Source: a virus
Reading direction: 5' to 3' (one strand)
Length of the DNA: 64,000 bases
Virus record (IMG/VR): IMGVR_UViG_3300027833_000015
Location: 32,001-96,000 of that record
The first letter of the stretch is position 1, and each line of letters starts with the position of its first letter. Shown piece after piece: positions 1 to 9,639 of the stretch. The notes below the pieces were generated by a model. That model was not told the DNA's origin. It ran no database searches and was given only the letters and a program-made list of their open reading frames with translations. The position numbers and the translations under genes were made by a program.

Positions 1-1507
1 TCTTCATCTTGGCAATCTGCCTCCACGTGAACAACAATGCCAAGTCGATGCGCTGCTTCTCTCCCTCGGAGAAAGATGCGTATGAGAATGAATCCCTGTG
101 ACGCGAACGGATAGTTTCTTCGAACTTTTCATCAAGGTCGAAGTGGACATAGAAGTCGAGGATAGACAGGTACTGATTAACCAGTTTGTTGATGACAGGC
201 AGGTACTGCTTGATCACCTTAGTCTTGATGCCACTGTCTTTGAGCATCTCAGAGATGACCGTATTATATGCTGCTTGGTCATTCATCGTGTTGCGGTGAT
301 CCATCAACTCGTGGTACTCTTTCATGAGCACGTCATATTCGTTATTCGCAGTTGCGAGGTCAGACGCACCACCACTCAGGGAAGCAATGTCAGCGCGATT
401 CTTTTCTATGTTCTTATTGTGTGTCGCGATAGTCTGAAGATTGCCCTGTACATTCGTTAACAGAGATTGAACCTCCCTCATCTTCAACTCGTACTCTGTA
501 ATATTAACAGTCACCTCATCACGGGAGGTTGCAACCTCTGCACCAGCAGACTGTAACTCTGCTGCTTGCTCTTTTGCTGTCTTCAGTTTACTTTCCTTCA
601 GGGAAACGTCGATGTCTTGGTCGCAGGTCTCACAGTGATCATTCACCTCATAGAATTTAGCAGTCTTGACCAATGCTTTGATCTTTGTATTGAACTCTGA
701 CTCGAAACCATTGAGTCGGGCGAGTTGCTTGCGTTGATCTTCCAGTAGTGGAGCGATCTCTAGACTTATATCATTCGCCTTGCTTTGGTTGGTCGCATTC
801 TCACCAACGAGTTGTTCGATCTCAGCAGTAGTCTCAGCAATGTAGTCGTCTTTCTGTTTCTTGGCATCGTGATTCAACTTTGAAATGTCGCGGATGTATT
901 TCTTCTGCGAGTCAGTCTTGGTTTCGTTTATGGCAATCTTGTGGTACACAGCGTTGACCTGTTCCTTCAACGTTGCGTTCTTCTCTTTGAGCAGACCGTT
1001 CATCTTCGAGAACACACCAATATCCAGCAGGTCTTCAATCACGTCACGACGATTCAGGGCAGACAACTGCATGAATGGCACGAACGATGAGGAACCGAGT
1101 ACAACCACTTGGTGGAAGGTCTTGTGGTTCAACTTGAGGATGTTCTGCTCGAGGACTTTCTGATACTCTTTGTTGTGCGAGTTCTGGTTGATCATCGTAC
1201 CATTGGCATAGATCTCAAACTTGACTGGTTTGATACCGCGCACAACTTTGTACTCTTTGTTGCCTATGGCAAACTCAACCTCAACCTGCATGCCCTTGTT
1301 GTTGATAGAGTTTACCAACTGTGCCTTGCTTATGCTTCTGTGTGACTTACCAAACAGACCATATGATATGGCATCCAGCATAGTCGACTTACCAGCACCG
1401 TTCTGACCAACGATCAGGGTGTGCTCACTTTTGTTCAGGAATATCTCCGTCCAGTTATCTCCCGTTGATAAGAAATTCTTGTATCGGATGGTCTTGAAAA
1501 TAATCAT
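1..1507 (-). CDS. gp46: Recombination endonuclease subunit gp46 (SbcC/Rad50-like ATPase); 3' end runs off the window
   Basis: Translated by hand from ATG at 1507: MIIFKTIRYKNFLSTGDNW...LIVGQNGAGKSTMLDAI (Walker A), then QVVVLGSSSFVPFMQL, coiled coil and a CETC zinc hook. TAATG overlap with gp47. Confidence 0.95.
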   Translation of the reverse strand, partial: MIIFKTIRYKNFLSTGDNWTEIFLNKSEHTLIVGQNGAGKSTMLDAISYGLFGKSHRSISKAQLVNSINNKGMQVEVEFAIGNKEYKVVRGIKPVKFEIYANGTMINQNSHNKEYQKVLEQNILKLNHKTFHQVVVLGSSSFVPFMQLSALNRRDVIEDLLDIGVFSKMNGLLKEKNATLKEQVNAVYHKIAINETKTDSQKKYIRDISKLNHDAKKQKDDYIAETTAEIEQLVGENATNQSKANDISLEIAPLLEDQRKQLARLNGFESEFNTKIKALVKTAKFYEVNDHCETCDQDIDVSLKESKLKTAKEQAAELQSAGAEVATSRDEVTVNITEYELKMREVQSLLTNVQGNLQTIATHNKNIEKNRADIASLSGGASDLATANNEYDVLMKEYHELMDHRNTMNDQAAYNTVISEMLKDSGIKTKVIKQYLPVINKLVNQYLSILDFYVHFDLDEKFEETIRSRHRDSFSYASFSEGEKQRIDLALLFTWRQIAKMK

Positions 1508-2568
1508 TAAACAACGTCCTGTGATTGTGCTTCAGTCATGAGGTCAAGGACTTCACTTTTAATACGTTCCTTGTTGAGTACAGTCTCGACATTATCGACA
1601 TATGCGCTGAGAAGTGAAGAAGTGTCTTCGACCTCGAGTCCATCGTCAGCAACGTTTGTACCTTCAAACTCGGAGAAGTCCTCTTGTATCTTGAGGTCAT
1701 ATGTGTCACGCTGTTGTATGCGATCAATGAATCGATCGAACGTGAACGAGTCTGCTTTCTTGATGACAACAACCTTGACGAATTGCTTGTCGAACCGAGC
1801 AGTGTCATACTCGCTGTAATCATTCTTGGTGTCATCATAGTAGACGCGCTGGAACAATGTCAGTGGGTTTTGTACAGGAAGCAATTCACGAGTATCCGTA
1901 TCAAGGATGTGGAAGAACTTATCATCGTGAGCATCGTTCCAGAAGAACTCCATCTGCGAACCAAGATAGTGGATGTTTTCTTGGTTTGACTTCACGTGGT
2001 AATGACCAGACAGAACCAACTCGAAACGGTGCAGGTTCTCAGCAGACATACCGTGTGTACAAGGCACACCGCGCAGCATGTCAAACCCATTGAGTTCGAA
2101 GTGACCGCCAATGACATCTGCCTTACAGTTGACAAGGAAGTCCATACACTCTTGTTCATTCTCAGGACAGATCCACGGAACAAGACCAACCTTCATGCCA
2201 TCGTAATCAAGTACAGAACAGTCCTGAACGATGTTGACTTCGTTCATGTAGTGACCCAGCAACTCCTTCAGGGAGTTTAGGTCGTTTGTGTTCTTGTAAT
2301 AGGTGTCGTGGTTTCCTGGAATTATATCCATGGTGATACCGTCAGAACGTAAACGCTCAAGGAACACTTTGCGGTTGCTGTTCAGTGCCTTGAAGTTTAT
2401 GAATCGACGGTTCTCATAGTAGTCGCCCAAGTGCAGTATCTGGGTGATGTTGTTGTCATTCAGGTAGGGAAAGAACACCTCGTTGTAGAAGCGTTCTTGG
2501 TACTCTATAAAAATGTCACTGCTGTTCCTGATACCACAATGTGTATCATTTAGGATTGCGATCTTAAT
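1507..2568 (-). CDS. gp47: Recombination nuclease gp47 (Mre11/SbcD-like metallophosphoesterase); probable ATT start
   Basis: Metallophosphoesterase motifs HLGDYY, PGNHD, GHFE, SGHYH. The frame extends upstream of the track ORF to ATT-AAG-ATC-GCA-ATC-CTA-AAT-GAT-ACA-CAT (KIAILNDTH, motif I). Confidence 0.93.
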   Translation of the reverse strand: MKIAILNDTHCGIRNSSDIFIEYQERFYNEVFFPYLNDNNITQILHLGDYYENRRFINFKALNSNRKVFLERLRSDGITMDIIPGNHDTYYKNTNDLNSLKELLGHYMNEVNIVQDCSVLDYDGMKVGLVPWICPENEQECMDFLVNCKADVIGGHFELNGFDMLRGVPCTHGMSAENLHRFELVLSGHYHVKSNQENIHYLGSQMEFFWNDAHDDKFFHILDTDTRELLPVQNPLTLFQRVYYDDTKNDYSEYDTARFDKQFVKVVVIKKADSFTFDRFIDRIQQRDTYDLKIQEDFSEFEGTNVADDGLEVEDTSSLLSAYVDNVETVLNKERIKSEVLDLMTEAQSQDVV

Positions 2569-2571
2569 AAA

Positions 2572-3159
2572 TTACTCCTCGAAGAAAGCAGAGAGGTCAG
2601 AATCAACTCTCACTGTGCGCTTTGTTACCATTTTCTTCTTATAGTCTTTTATCTTGGTATCGTTTTCTTTGACATCGTCAATCCTGCGTCGCAGGTTATC
2701 GACAAATGATTGCACTGCCTTGGCGACCTGTGGATCTTCATTCGGGTCAACCATAAACTCTTCCAGACCAGACTCAGCAAGATAGTTCAGTTTGACATCT
2801 TGTTGACGCTGCTCTTTCTTGATGCGTCGAAGGAAAGCATACCATGCAATCTGGGTGAAGTAACCAAACGCATTTGGTTTGCCCTTGCGTGTTGCTGCTT
2901 CGACGTTATAGTTCTTGCATGCGCGGAGACAGTTCTCAACAGCATCCATGACCATCTCTTCACGATAGGTGTACCGCACAAAGTTAGACTTGTGTGACAA
3001 TCCTTCAGAGATCTTCAGGAAGCACTCAGCAACGTAACGTGGCATCTGTGGTATCTTTTCTCCTGCTGCTTCTGCCTCACGGACAGATATAACATGATCT
3101 ACAACTGATTGTGAGAACAGGGCATTATTAACATAATGTGGGCGTTCGCTGGGTTTCAT
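2572..3159 (-). CDS. gp55: Late-transcription sigma factor gp55
   Basis: HYVNN, NFVRYTYREEMVMDAVENCL and NAFGYFTQIAWYAFLRRIKKE are typical gp55 motifs; gp55-gp47-gp46 synteny. Confidence 0.95.
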   Translation of the reverse strand: MKPSERPHYVNNALFSQSVVDHVISVREAEAAGEKIPQMPRYVAECFLKISEGLSHKSNFVRYTYREEMVMDAVENCLRACKNYNVEAATRKGKPNAFGYFTQIAWYAFLRRIKKEQRQQDVKLNYLAESGLEEFMVDPNEDPQVAKAVQSFVDNLRRRIDDVKENDTKIKDYKKKMVTKRTVRVDSDLSAFFEE

Positions 3160-3192
3160 AATTTATTCCATTGTTTCATACGGTAGAACTCT

Positions 3193-3221
3193 ATTGTACA
3201 TCAAGTAGTATGTAATGTCAA
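3193..3221 (-). promoter_or_regulatory. sigma70-type promoter for gp55-47-46
   Basis: Minus strand TTGACA-N17-TACAAT just upstream of gp55. Confidence 0.8.
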
Positions 3222-3634
3222 TCTTCGGTCAACAGTTTAGGTGGGAAGGAAAGTATATTGCCTCTTGGTGTGGGGTCGGGGTCACTGCCATCGTCAACAG
3301 GGTTGTCGTCGATCAACATCTCCTGTATGGCATCACAAGAACTGGTATACTGCTCAATCACCTTCTTGCTTGGTTTGTTGATACAAACAATCGAAGATGG
3401 GTTAACAGAAACAGCGACATCTAGTGCTTCAGGATATGATACAAACGGACGCAAGATATAATACGACTTGTTCAACTGCAACTCGTCATCTTCATACTCA
3501 ACAGCAACCATTTCAAGCGCATGACTGACAATGAACGTTTCTTTGGTTTCAATGTCGATGGACTGCGCGAGAATTTCTTGGCCAGTGGTTAGTTTGATCT
3601 GTAATATTTTCTCTATTTCTAATTCTATGTTCAT
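3218..3634 (-). CDS. Hypothetical protein, possibly Sm-like fold, downstream of uvsW
   Basis: 138 aa ORF with ATGA overlap to uvsW; QIKLTTGQEILA N-terminus resembles proteins at this position in T4-like phages. Confidence 0.7.
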   Translation of the reverse strand: MNIELEIEKILQIKLTTGQEILAQSIDIETKETFIVSHALEMVAVEYEDDELQLNKSYYILRPFVSYPEALDVAVSVNPSSIVCINKPSKKVIEQYTSSCDAIQEMLIDDNPVDDGSDPDPTPRGNILSFPPKLLTED

Positions 3635-5094
3635 AGGATTACCTTGTGTATATCGAATTCAAACTTTTCTTTGTTGTACATCTTAACCCTTTCCTCTGCA
3701 TGCTTCAGAGTAAAGTTCTTCTTGGACTTGTTAGACAGGTCATCGGATAGGTCATACAACTTTGTGTCCTGTCCGTTCTCTGCCTTACGAAGTCCCCTGC
3801 CAATTGCCTGTAATACTTTCACCTGTGACTTTGATGGTGAAGCAAATACAATGTTGTGCAGGTTCTTGATGTTGATGCCTGTACTAAATGTACCCATGGA
3901 GGCAACGATTATGGCACCTTCACTACGCTCAACGATACCACGGATTGCTTCCCTATCGGAAACGTCCGTTCCACCGTGCACATAGAACACCTGATCGTTC
4001 TTCTCCTTGATCATCTTGTACAGTATCTCACCATGCTTCTCTACAAACTGATACAGTACCAAAGTGTTGCCAGTCTGAGTCAACGCAATGTTGCGTATCA
4101 GTTTGTTCCTCGGTTCGTAACCAACGAGGAAGTCTACTTCTTCCTGATAATTTCGATCTCTATTAAGTATACGCATCTCCTTTGAGTAGTCAAGCATAAG
4201 CATGTCTATCTTCAATCGGGCGAGTGTACCGTTGTCCTGCAAGTCTCTGGTGAACGTGACACGCTTTGTTGGACCAAATAGTCCCTCAAGTACCAACTTG
4301 TTGCACTGTGTGCCGTCCAGTGTACCAGTGGTGCCGAATCGATACTCTGCTTCGCTACACTTGTTCATCATAGTCGCGAGGGACTTTGCTTTGAACAGGT
4401 GACACTCATCACCGAACACGCAACCAAAGGCATCAAACCAATCTGGTCCAAGTCGGAACACTGACTGCCATGTAGTGACGATAACTCTCTTGGTCGTCTT
4501 CTTGTCCTTGCCCGAGTAGATCTTATGCACTTCGGTATCAACGTCCATGCCATAGTCAGCGAAGTCTTTGTACATCTGCTCCACGAGGGAGGTCGTCGGC
4601 ACAACGACAAGGACTGCTTTGTCATACCCGTCCAAGTACCAGCGCATCAGGTTGTATATGATGAACGACTTACCAGAACCAGTTGGGGACAGCAGGATGC
4701 AACGCTTGTTCGCGATACCGTGGGTGATTGCATCGTACTGGTACTTGCGTGGTGGGAATGGCATCTTCCACATCGCCTGTGATGCTACCAAGTGTTGGTG
4801 GTCGACTTTGTTCCTTGCTGTTGGCAGACCATAGTCGCTATCTTCCATCTGGATGTGATAGTGGCGGTCAGCAGCAAACTTGCAGAGTTTGGTGTAGAGT
4901 CCAACGTTCAGTTCAGCAGTGACTCCGTTGAAGAGTCTGATCTTACCGTCCCACTGCTTGCGCTTGAACGCTGGCATGAACTTAGCACCTGGAACCATGA
5001 ATGCGAAATACTCAGAGAGTTCTGCGCGGATACCAGCGTCACAGTCAACAAACATGTTGGCGTGGTTCAGTAGTTTAACAGTGAGTGTTGCCAT
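3631..5094 (-). CDS. uvsW: UvsW SF2 DNA/RNA helicase
   Basis: SPTGSGKS (motif I), GDECH (II), TGT (III), QAIGRGLR (VI); adjacent to uvsY. Confidence 0.95.
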   Translation of the reverse strand: MATLTVKLLNHANMFVDCDAGIRAELSEYFAFMVPGAKFMPAFKRKQWDGKIRLFNGVTAELNVGLYTKLCKFAADRHYHIQMEDSDYGLPTARNKVDHQHLVASQAMWKMPFPPRKYQYDAITHGIANKRCILLSPTGSGKSFIIYNLMRWYLDGYDKAVLVVVPTTSLVEQMYKDFADYGMDVDTEVHKIYSGKDKKTTKRVIVTTWQSVFRLGPDWFDAFGCVFGDECHLFKAKSLATMMNKCSEAEYRFGTTGTLDGTQCNKLVLEGLFGPTKRVTFTRDLQDNGTLARLKIDMLMLDYSKEMRILNRDRNYQEEVDFLVGYEPRNKLIRNIALTQTGNTLVLYQFVEKHGEILYKMIKEKNDQVFYVHGGTDVSDREAIRGIVERSEGAIIVASMGTFSTGINIKNLHNIVFASPSKSQVKVLQAIGRGLRKAENGQDTKLYDLSDDLSNKSKKNFTLKHAEERVKMYNKEKFEFDIHKVIL

Positions 5095-5124
5095 TACAAA
5101 TGCCTATAGGAGAATGTCTCCTGC

Positions 5125-5132
5125 TATTTAGG
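5125..5132 (-). promoter_or_regulatory. Late promoter variant CCTAAATA upstream of uvsW
   Basis: Variant of the T4 late box TATAAATA; the same variant recurs intergenically at 6110, 25328 and 55433. Confidence 0.5.
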
Positions 5133-5568
5133 CACCTGCTTCGAACTGCTTCCAGCGGATAGAATTACCGATTGTCTGGTGTCGCCACTTGAGGGAGTCA
5201 ATAATTTCCTTCAGTGCTTCGACCATCGTCTTGTAGTACACAACAGTTGCTTCGCTTTGTTGTATCTCTGGGTCACTGTCATAATAGTACGACAAGTCGC
5301 CCTTCATGATCTTGAGACCATTGAATGGGTCAGGTTCCCAACCAAGATCAACAATCTCTTCTTGGGACATCTTGCCATTGTACCACAGGAACTTATTCTT
5401 GAGGAGGGTTTGTTGCTTATCTTCTGCTCGTTTCATCAGAAGTTTTGCTTGTATATAATAACCAAGATATTGTCCGTGTAACTTGGGAGTCTCACGTGAT
5501 GCTACATCTAGGTTATGTCCGATCTCACAGTCCGTTGCCCATTGGGCGAGGATACCATCTAAATCCAT
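5128..5568 (-). CDS. uvsY: UvsY recombination mediator
   Basis: ETPKLHGQY, WYNGK, YYDSDPEI, RHQTIGNSIRWKQFEAG; gp3-uvsY-uvsW synteny. Confidence 0.9.
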   Translation of the reverse strand: MDLDGILAQWATDCEIGHNLDVASRETPKLHGQYLGYYIQAKLLMKRAEDKQQTLLKNKFLWYNGKMSQEEIVDLGWEPDPFNGLKIMKGDLSYYYDSDPEIQQSEATVVYYKTMVEALKEIIDSLKWRHQTIGNSIRWKQFEAGA

Positions 5569-5571
5569 ATA

Positions 5572-6075
5572 TTATTCAACTATCTCAAAGTAGGAAAATC
5601 TAAAGGAGGCAGGGAATGTTACATATTCCACTGACTGGTTGGTTGATTCAAAACGTATGTCGCCAACAGAAACTGGCAGCGCATCAATGTATTTGAATCT
5701 GATGCTGGTGTTGTTGTGACTCGTAAGAGCAACAATGGTTATGTCCGAGTAACTCGGTTGGGAAGATGTTTTGCCTCCAAAGTCATCACGCTTTGTGATC
5801 ATTGGACTATTGACACTTCGCAACATCCAGTTGTACATCTCTGTGTACGACTGCATCTTCTCGTCAAGCAGGACGTCCATGGTAAGTTCACCGAACTCCA
5901 TCTGACCTCCAGGCATTGGTACGCTCTGTATGCGCTTGACTGATGTTTCTACAGCAGGGCATGACGCTCCTGGATGTGTAACTGCCTGTACATAGAATTC
6001 TAAGTTGCTATAGTTCTTGCGATCTATGACTACTTTAAATCCCGTTGGTTGAAATAAATTTGCTGGTCCGTCCAT
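5572..6075 (-). CDS. gp3: Tail completion / tube terminator gp3
   Basis: NLFQPTGFK, FGELTMDVLLDEKMQSYTEMYNW, FKYIDALPVS; downstream of gp23. Confidence 0.85.
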   Translation of the reverse strand: MDGPANLFQPTGFKVVIDRKNYSNLEFYVQAVTHPGASCPAVETSVKRIQSVPMPGGQMEFGELTMDVLLDEKMQSYTEMYNWMLRSVNSPMITKRDDFGGKTSSQPSYSDITIVALTSHNNTSIRFKYIDALPVSVGDIRFESTNQSVEYVTFPASFRFSYFEIVE

Positions 6076-6101
6076 TTGTATTCCCCGACTTAACTCTCTC
6101 T

Positions 6102-6129
6102 ATTATCTCTATTTAGGATGAAATGTCAA
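6102..6129 (-). promoter_or_regulatory. sigma70-like promoter with an embedded late-box variant
   Basis: TTGACA-N16-GATAAT on the minus strand with CCTAAATA (6110-6117) inside the spacer. Confidence 0.55.
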
Positions 6130-6226
6130 CACGAACTTTCGAGACCTAAATTTTATGCCGCGAAAATTGCGACGCCCTTTTACTTTTCATCTTTTTGGAG
6201 GTTTTGACCCCTTGATTTGCAGACAT

Positions 6227-6252
6227 AAAAAAACCCGCACCTAAATGCGGGT
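6227..6252 (-). terminator. Rho-independent terminator after gp23
   Basis: ACCCGCA-tttagg-TGCGGGT followed by a T run on the minus strand. Confidence 0.85.
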
Positions 6253-6350
6253 CATAAACCTATTATAATTATTTCGGTTTTGGTCCCAAGGTAGGGAAGG
6301 TTTGGGCAACGATCAAGTCGCCCAATTCTTTCTACCGTACTACAATCGAC

Positions 6351-7688
6351 TTATGCAGAAACCATCAGGTTGTCCACTCGGAAGATACGATAGTACTGGT
6401 TGGTTTTTGCAGTAGCAAGACCGTTTGCAGGAGTGTCTCCAACAAAAGGATTAGACGCCATACCATAACGAGTCTTGAACCCGATACGTGGTTGGAAGTC
6501 ATTCTCGCCAACAGCACGAACCATTTGCAGAGGAACGTATGGGCAGTAGAATATACCTGCGTCATAAGCGTTTGTTCCTTTGTAACCAACAGTGACATAG
6601 TCGCTGACGGCATATGGATCGATGTATACACGCAGACGACCGTTCAGAACACCAGCAAAGGTGTTGCCAGTATCATCTACTTGCAGGTTAGCAGCGATTG
6701 CAGGAGCGTAGTCCAGCATGCCAGAAGCAACAAGAGCAGTAGCAACGTCAGAAGAGACGATAGCAACGTTTCCTTTACCACGACGAGTTTCTTTCGCGAT
6801 AACGTTTGCTTCACGGTCAAGTTGTACCAACAGACCTTTGAACTTCTCAGCAGACCAACGTCCATCAGCATCAGTGCTGAGGTCGAAGATACCATTGATT
6901 GCAGTGTTAGCAGTGCTAGCACCAGTTTTTGCTTGACTGTTTACAGTACGGATAACTTCACGGTTGATTTCAGCAAGGATCTCAACAGAAAGAATGTTAG
7001 CAAGTTCTGATTCAGCGTCAAGACCGTGGATTGCTTTCAGGTCTTGTGCAAGTTCAATGGTGTACTCTGCTTTCAGGGCACGTGACTTTGCTTCAACTGC
7101 TGCTTTCTCAATGGTGAAACCCATTTCGGCGAAATCGCCTCCAGTGTTACCCAATGCTTCAGCGGCAGCAGTAGTGATACCACCACCAACAGTTGGACCA
7201 GTTCGTTGGTCATCGATAGTGCTATCAGCGTCAGTGTCAGTAAGACCACCAAGACCAGAAGGACCACCAGTTTGTGTTACAGAAGAGTCGCCAGAGAAAG
7301 GTGTTAATGCTTCACCGAACAATGCCTCGTCACCATTTGTTGCTCCACCTTTAGTGGTCTTGTACTTGCTCTTCATAGCGAAGATCAAACCAGTAGGACC
7401 AGTCATTGGTTGAACACCACAGATGTCGTATGCCATCAGGTTAGGCATGGCACGACGAACGAGTGAAATCAGTACTGGATTCCAGTTAGCGACGTTTGCG
7501 CCAGTAGCGTTTGCAGCAGTTTCAGTCATAAACTGAGACTGACTACCTTCAGCAATCATTGCACGTTCTTGGTTTTCAAGAATGGCAGCAGTTACATTGC
7601 GACGGTGACGGTCTGTGATGTTGCCAGCAGACTCTTCGTTTAATACTGGTGCCCATTTTGAGACCAGTGATTCGTAGTTAATTTCCAT
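6351..7688 (-). CDS. gp23: Major capsid protein gp23
   Basis: KWAPVL, LISLVRRAMPNLMAYDICGVQPMTGPTGLIFAM, SRALKAEYTIELAQDLKAIHGLDAE, FQPRIGFKTRYG. Confidence 0.99.
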   Translation of the reverse strand: MEINYESLVSKWAPVLNEESAGNITDRHRRNVTAAILENQERAMIAEGSQSQFMTETAANATGANVANWNPVLISLVRRAMPNLMAYDICGVQPMTGPTGLIFAMKSKYKTTKGGATNGDEALFGEALTPFSGDSSVTQTGGPSGLGGLTDTDADSTIDDQRTGPTVGGGITTAAAEALGNTGGDFAEMGFTIEKAAVEAKSRALKAEYTIELAQDLKAIHGLDAESELANILSVEILAEINREVIRTVNSQAKTGASTANTAINGIFDLSTDADGRWSAEKFKGLLVQLDREANVIAKETRRGKGNVAIVSSDVATALVASGMLDYAPAIAANLQVDDTGNTFAGVLNGRLRVYIDPYAVSDYVTVGYKGTNAYDAGIFYCPYVPLQMVRAVGENDFQPRIGFKTRYGMASNPFVGDTPANGLATAKTNQYYRIFRVDNLMVSA

Positions 7689-7718
7689 TTAAAATACTCC
7701 TTGAGAGTGTTATGGGTT

Positions 7719-8747
7719 TTACTTTTGGTTTGTGTTGCGTATTGCCTGCAAGTATGAGGACATAGACGGAGCAACTTCTTCAGTCAATGCAACAGCATCG
7801 TCTTCAGTAACTACTTCTTCTGCGACTTCAACACTTTTGGCGAAGAAAGATTCTTTGACAGTGGCAACTTTGTATGCAAATGTTTCAGCATCTTCAAAGT
7901 CTACACTTTCAACTAACTTTTCAAACTTTTCTGCTTGGGTGTCTGCAAGATCAGCAATTGCTTCAGAGACGATTGCGCTCCGAGTCAATACTTCAACATG
8001 CTCGCCCAATACGATTGCGTCTTCAGTAGTTCTGTTGAGTGCCTCTTCGAGTTCCTCAACTTGATCTGCTAAATCATCAACCAGGTCTACCTTTGAGTCA
8101 GGCACTTCAATGTAAGACTCAACGAACAATCCTTTCAGATTCTCCATGAAGTTCTCAGCGATTTCAGCACGCAGACCGTTTTGAATAGCAACTTCGTTCT
8201 CTGCCATCCAGTTCTCAACTACATAGTTCAGGTAGGAATCTACTTTCTCGACCAACTCAGAGTTCTGCGTAGCAGTCTCTTCAGCGAGTTTGTCTTCGTA
8301 AGCAGTTTCAATTCGCTCAACTTCTTCAGCGAGTTTTGATTTCAATGCTGCTTCAAAGATGACAGCGGTCTTAACTTTAAACTCTTCGGAAAGAGTTGCT
8401 TCAGACTCAACCAACGCAGTCAATTCTTCAGAGTAGTCTTCGGCAGATTCTTCTGCAACAAAGTCTTCTTCAGAAAGGTCAACGTCTTCGCCCATAACAC
8501 CACCGTAAGCAGCAGAAAGAGATGCTTTATTCATCCCACTCAACTTGCTATACATGGCGTTGATCATAGCACCTTTGGTTTTTGGCATTGGATCGCTGTT
8601 CTTCTTGTCACCCTTACGTGCTGGTGCGCTAGAAGTAGCATCAGTTGTTTTGTCTACCGACGCAACAGACTGCTGTTCAGCGTTCTTCATGTCATGTACT
8701 GCTTCTACAACTTCGTCTTGAAGTTCTATATTGTTTTCTTCATCCAT
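7719..8747 (-). CDS. gp22: Prohead core scaffold gp22
   Basis: Acidic coiled coil; LSEEFKVKTAVIFEAA, VDSYLNYVVENW; lies between gp21 and gp23. Confidence 0.93.
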   Translation of the reverse strand: MDEENNIELQDEVVEAVHDMKNAEQQSVASVDKTTDATSSAPARKGDKKNSDPMPKTKGAMINAMYSKLSGMNKASLSAAYGGVMGEDVDLSEEDFVAEESAEDYSEELTALVESEATLSEEFKVKTAVIFEAALKSKLAEEVERIETAYEDKLAEETATQNSELVEKVDSYLNYVVENWMAENEVAIQNGLRAEIAENFMENLKGLFVESYIEVPDSKVDLVDDLADQVEELEEALNRTTEDAIVLGEHVEVLTRSAIVSEAIADLADTQAEKFEKLVESVDFEDAETFAYKVATVKESFFAKSVEVAEEVVTEDDAVALTEEVAPSMSSYLQAIRNTNQK

Positions 8748-8759
8748 AATGGACTCCTT

Positions 8760-9425
8760 TTATAAGGTTTCTTTTAGGGAGGAGAGGAAATTTTTGAACT
8801 CACGAGTTTGCTCAGCATACGAATATACTTTGCTAGAAGGAGTAATGATTTCAGTCTCTTGTTCTTCACATATTTCCTGCGCGACGAGAATGCCTTTGTT
8901 CCATACCCAATCCACACCTTCCATGATTCCGTTTACGAAAGCACCAGGAGCGGATGGATCCTGTACAATATCAATTGTACTTAAAACAAAGTCTTCTCCG
9001 ACATACGAGGCACCGCCACGTTGCACAAGACTACCCATACCACGAGTTGAGACACCAAGGTTGACCCCACCAGAAAGCAAACCTTTTACGATTTTACCCA
9101 TGGGAGTATCTAATATTGATGCCTTTCCGATCACGTCATTGCCTTCAAAATGAAGGTCAGTGATGAGATGCGAAACTTTGTCGAGGTTGACTGTTGGACC
9201 ATCTGGATGGTTCAACTCGCCAACTGCTCGGTTCTTTGAAACTTGCTCTTCAACATACTTGTCTACAGCAGACTGCATAGTCTTCTTCGGGTAGACTCTA
9301 CCGTTCCGATTCTTTTGCTCTGCCTGTGCAAATACACCTTCGATGGTGAAAGACTTTTCGCCTTTCTCATTTTTCTCGACGATGCATTGAACATTTTGTT
9401 CGTTGAATTCAGCGATCAGTTTCAT
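8760..9425 (-). CDS. gp21: Prohead protease gp21
   Basis: NRNGRVYP, GELNHP, GVSTRGMGS, DIVQDPSAPGAFV. Confidence 0.96.
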   Translation of the reverse strand: MKLIAEFNEQNVQCIVEKNEKGEKSFTIEGVFAQAEQKNRNGRVYPKKTMQSAVDKYVEEQVSKNRAVGELNHPDGPTVNLDKVSHLITDLHFEGNDVIGKASILDTPMGKIVKGLLSGGVNLGVSTRGMGSLVQRGGASYVGEDFVLSTIDIVQDPSAPGAFVNGIMEGVDWVWNKGILVAQEICEEQETEIITPSSKVYSYAEQTREFKNFLSSLKETL

Positions 9426-9625
9426 TAAAATAATTCCTTGATTGCGGTCTCTATTGATTTTACAGCGTCCTTTTCAGAACGGAAGGTGTCGAGATGGTCA
9501 CCGTCAATGTATGCTTCAAAACCTTTATTGGTCTTGTATACAGCGCACTTTACTTTCTTGTGCTTCTTGCTGTACACAAGGTCACCCTTTGGGGTTTTGC
9601 TGCGAATTTCTGAAAAGTATTTCAT
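9425..9625 (-). CDS. Small basic protein in the gp68 position
   Basis: 66 aa; TAATG-coupled to gp21; preceded by a late promoter. Confidence 0.7.
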   Translation of the reverse strand: MKYFSEIRSKTPKGDLVYSKKHKKVKCAVYKTNKGFEAYIDGDHLDTFRSEKDAVKSIETAIKELF

Positions 9626-9631
9626 ACTGTT

Positions 9632-9639
9632 TATTTATA
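9632..9639 (-). promoter_or_regulatory. T4 late promoter TATAAATA
   Basis: Exact consensus, 6 nt upstream of the ATG at 9625. Confidence 0.8.

Noticed and set aside
2566-2574. Stop-codon read-through producing a gp55-gp47 fusion
   Set aside because: The genes are in frame, but TAA is a poor read-through codon and a well-spaced SD before ATT explains gp47 more simply.
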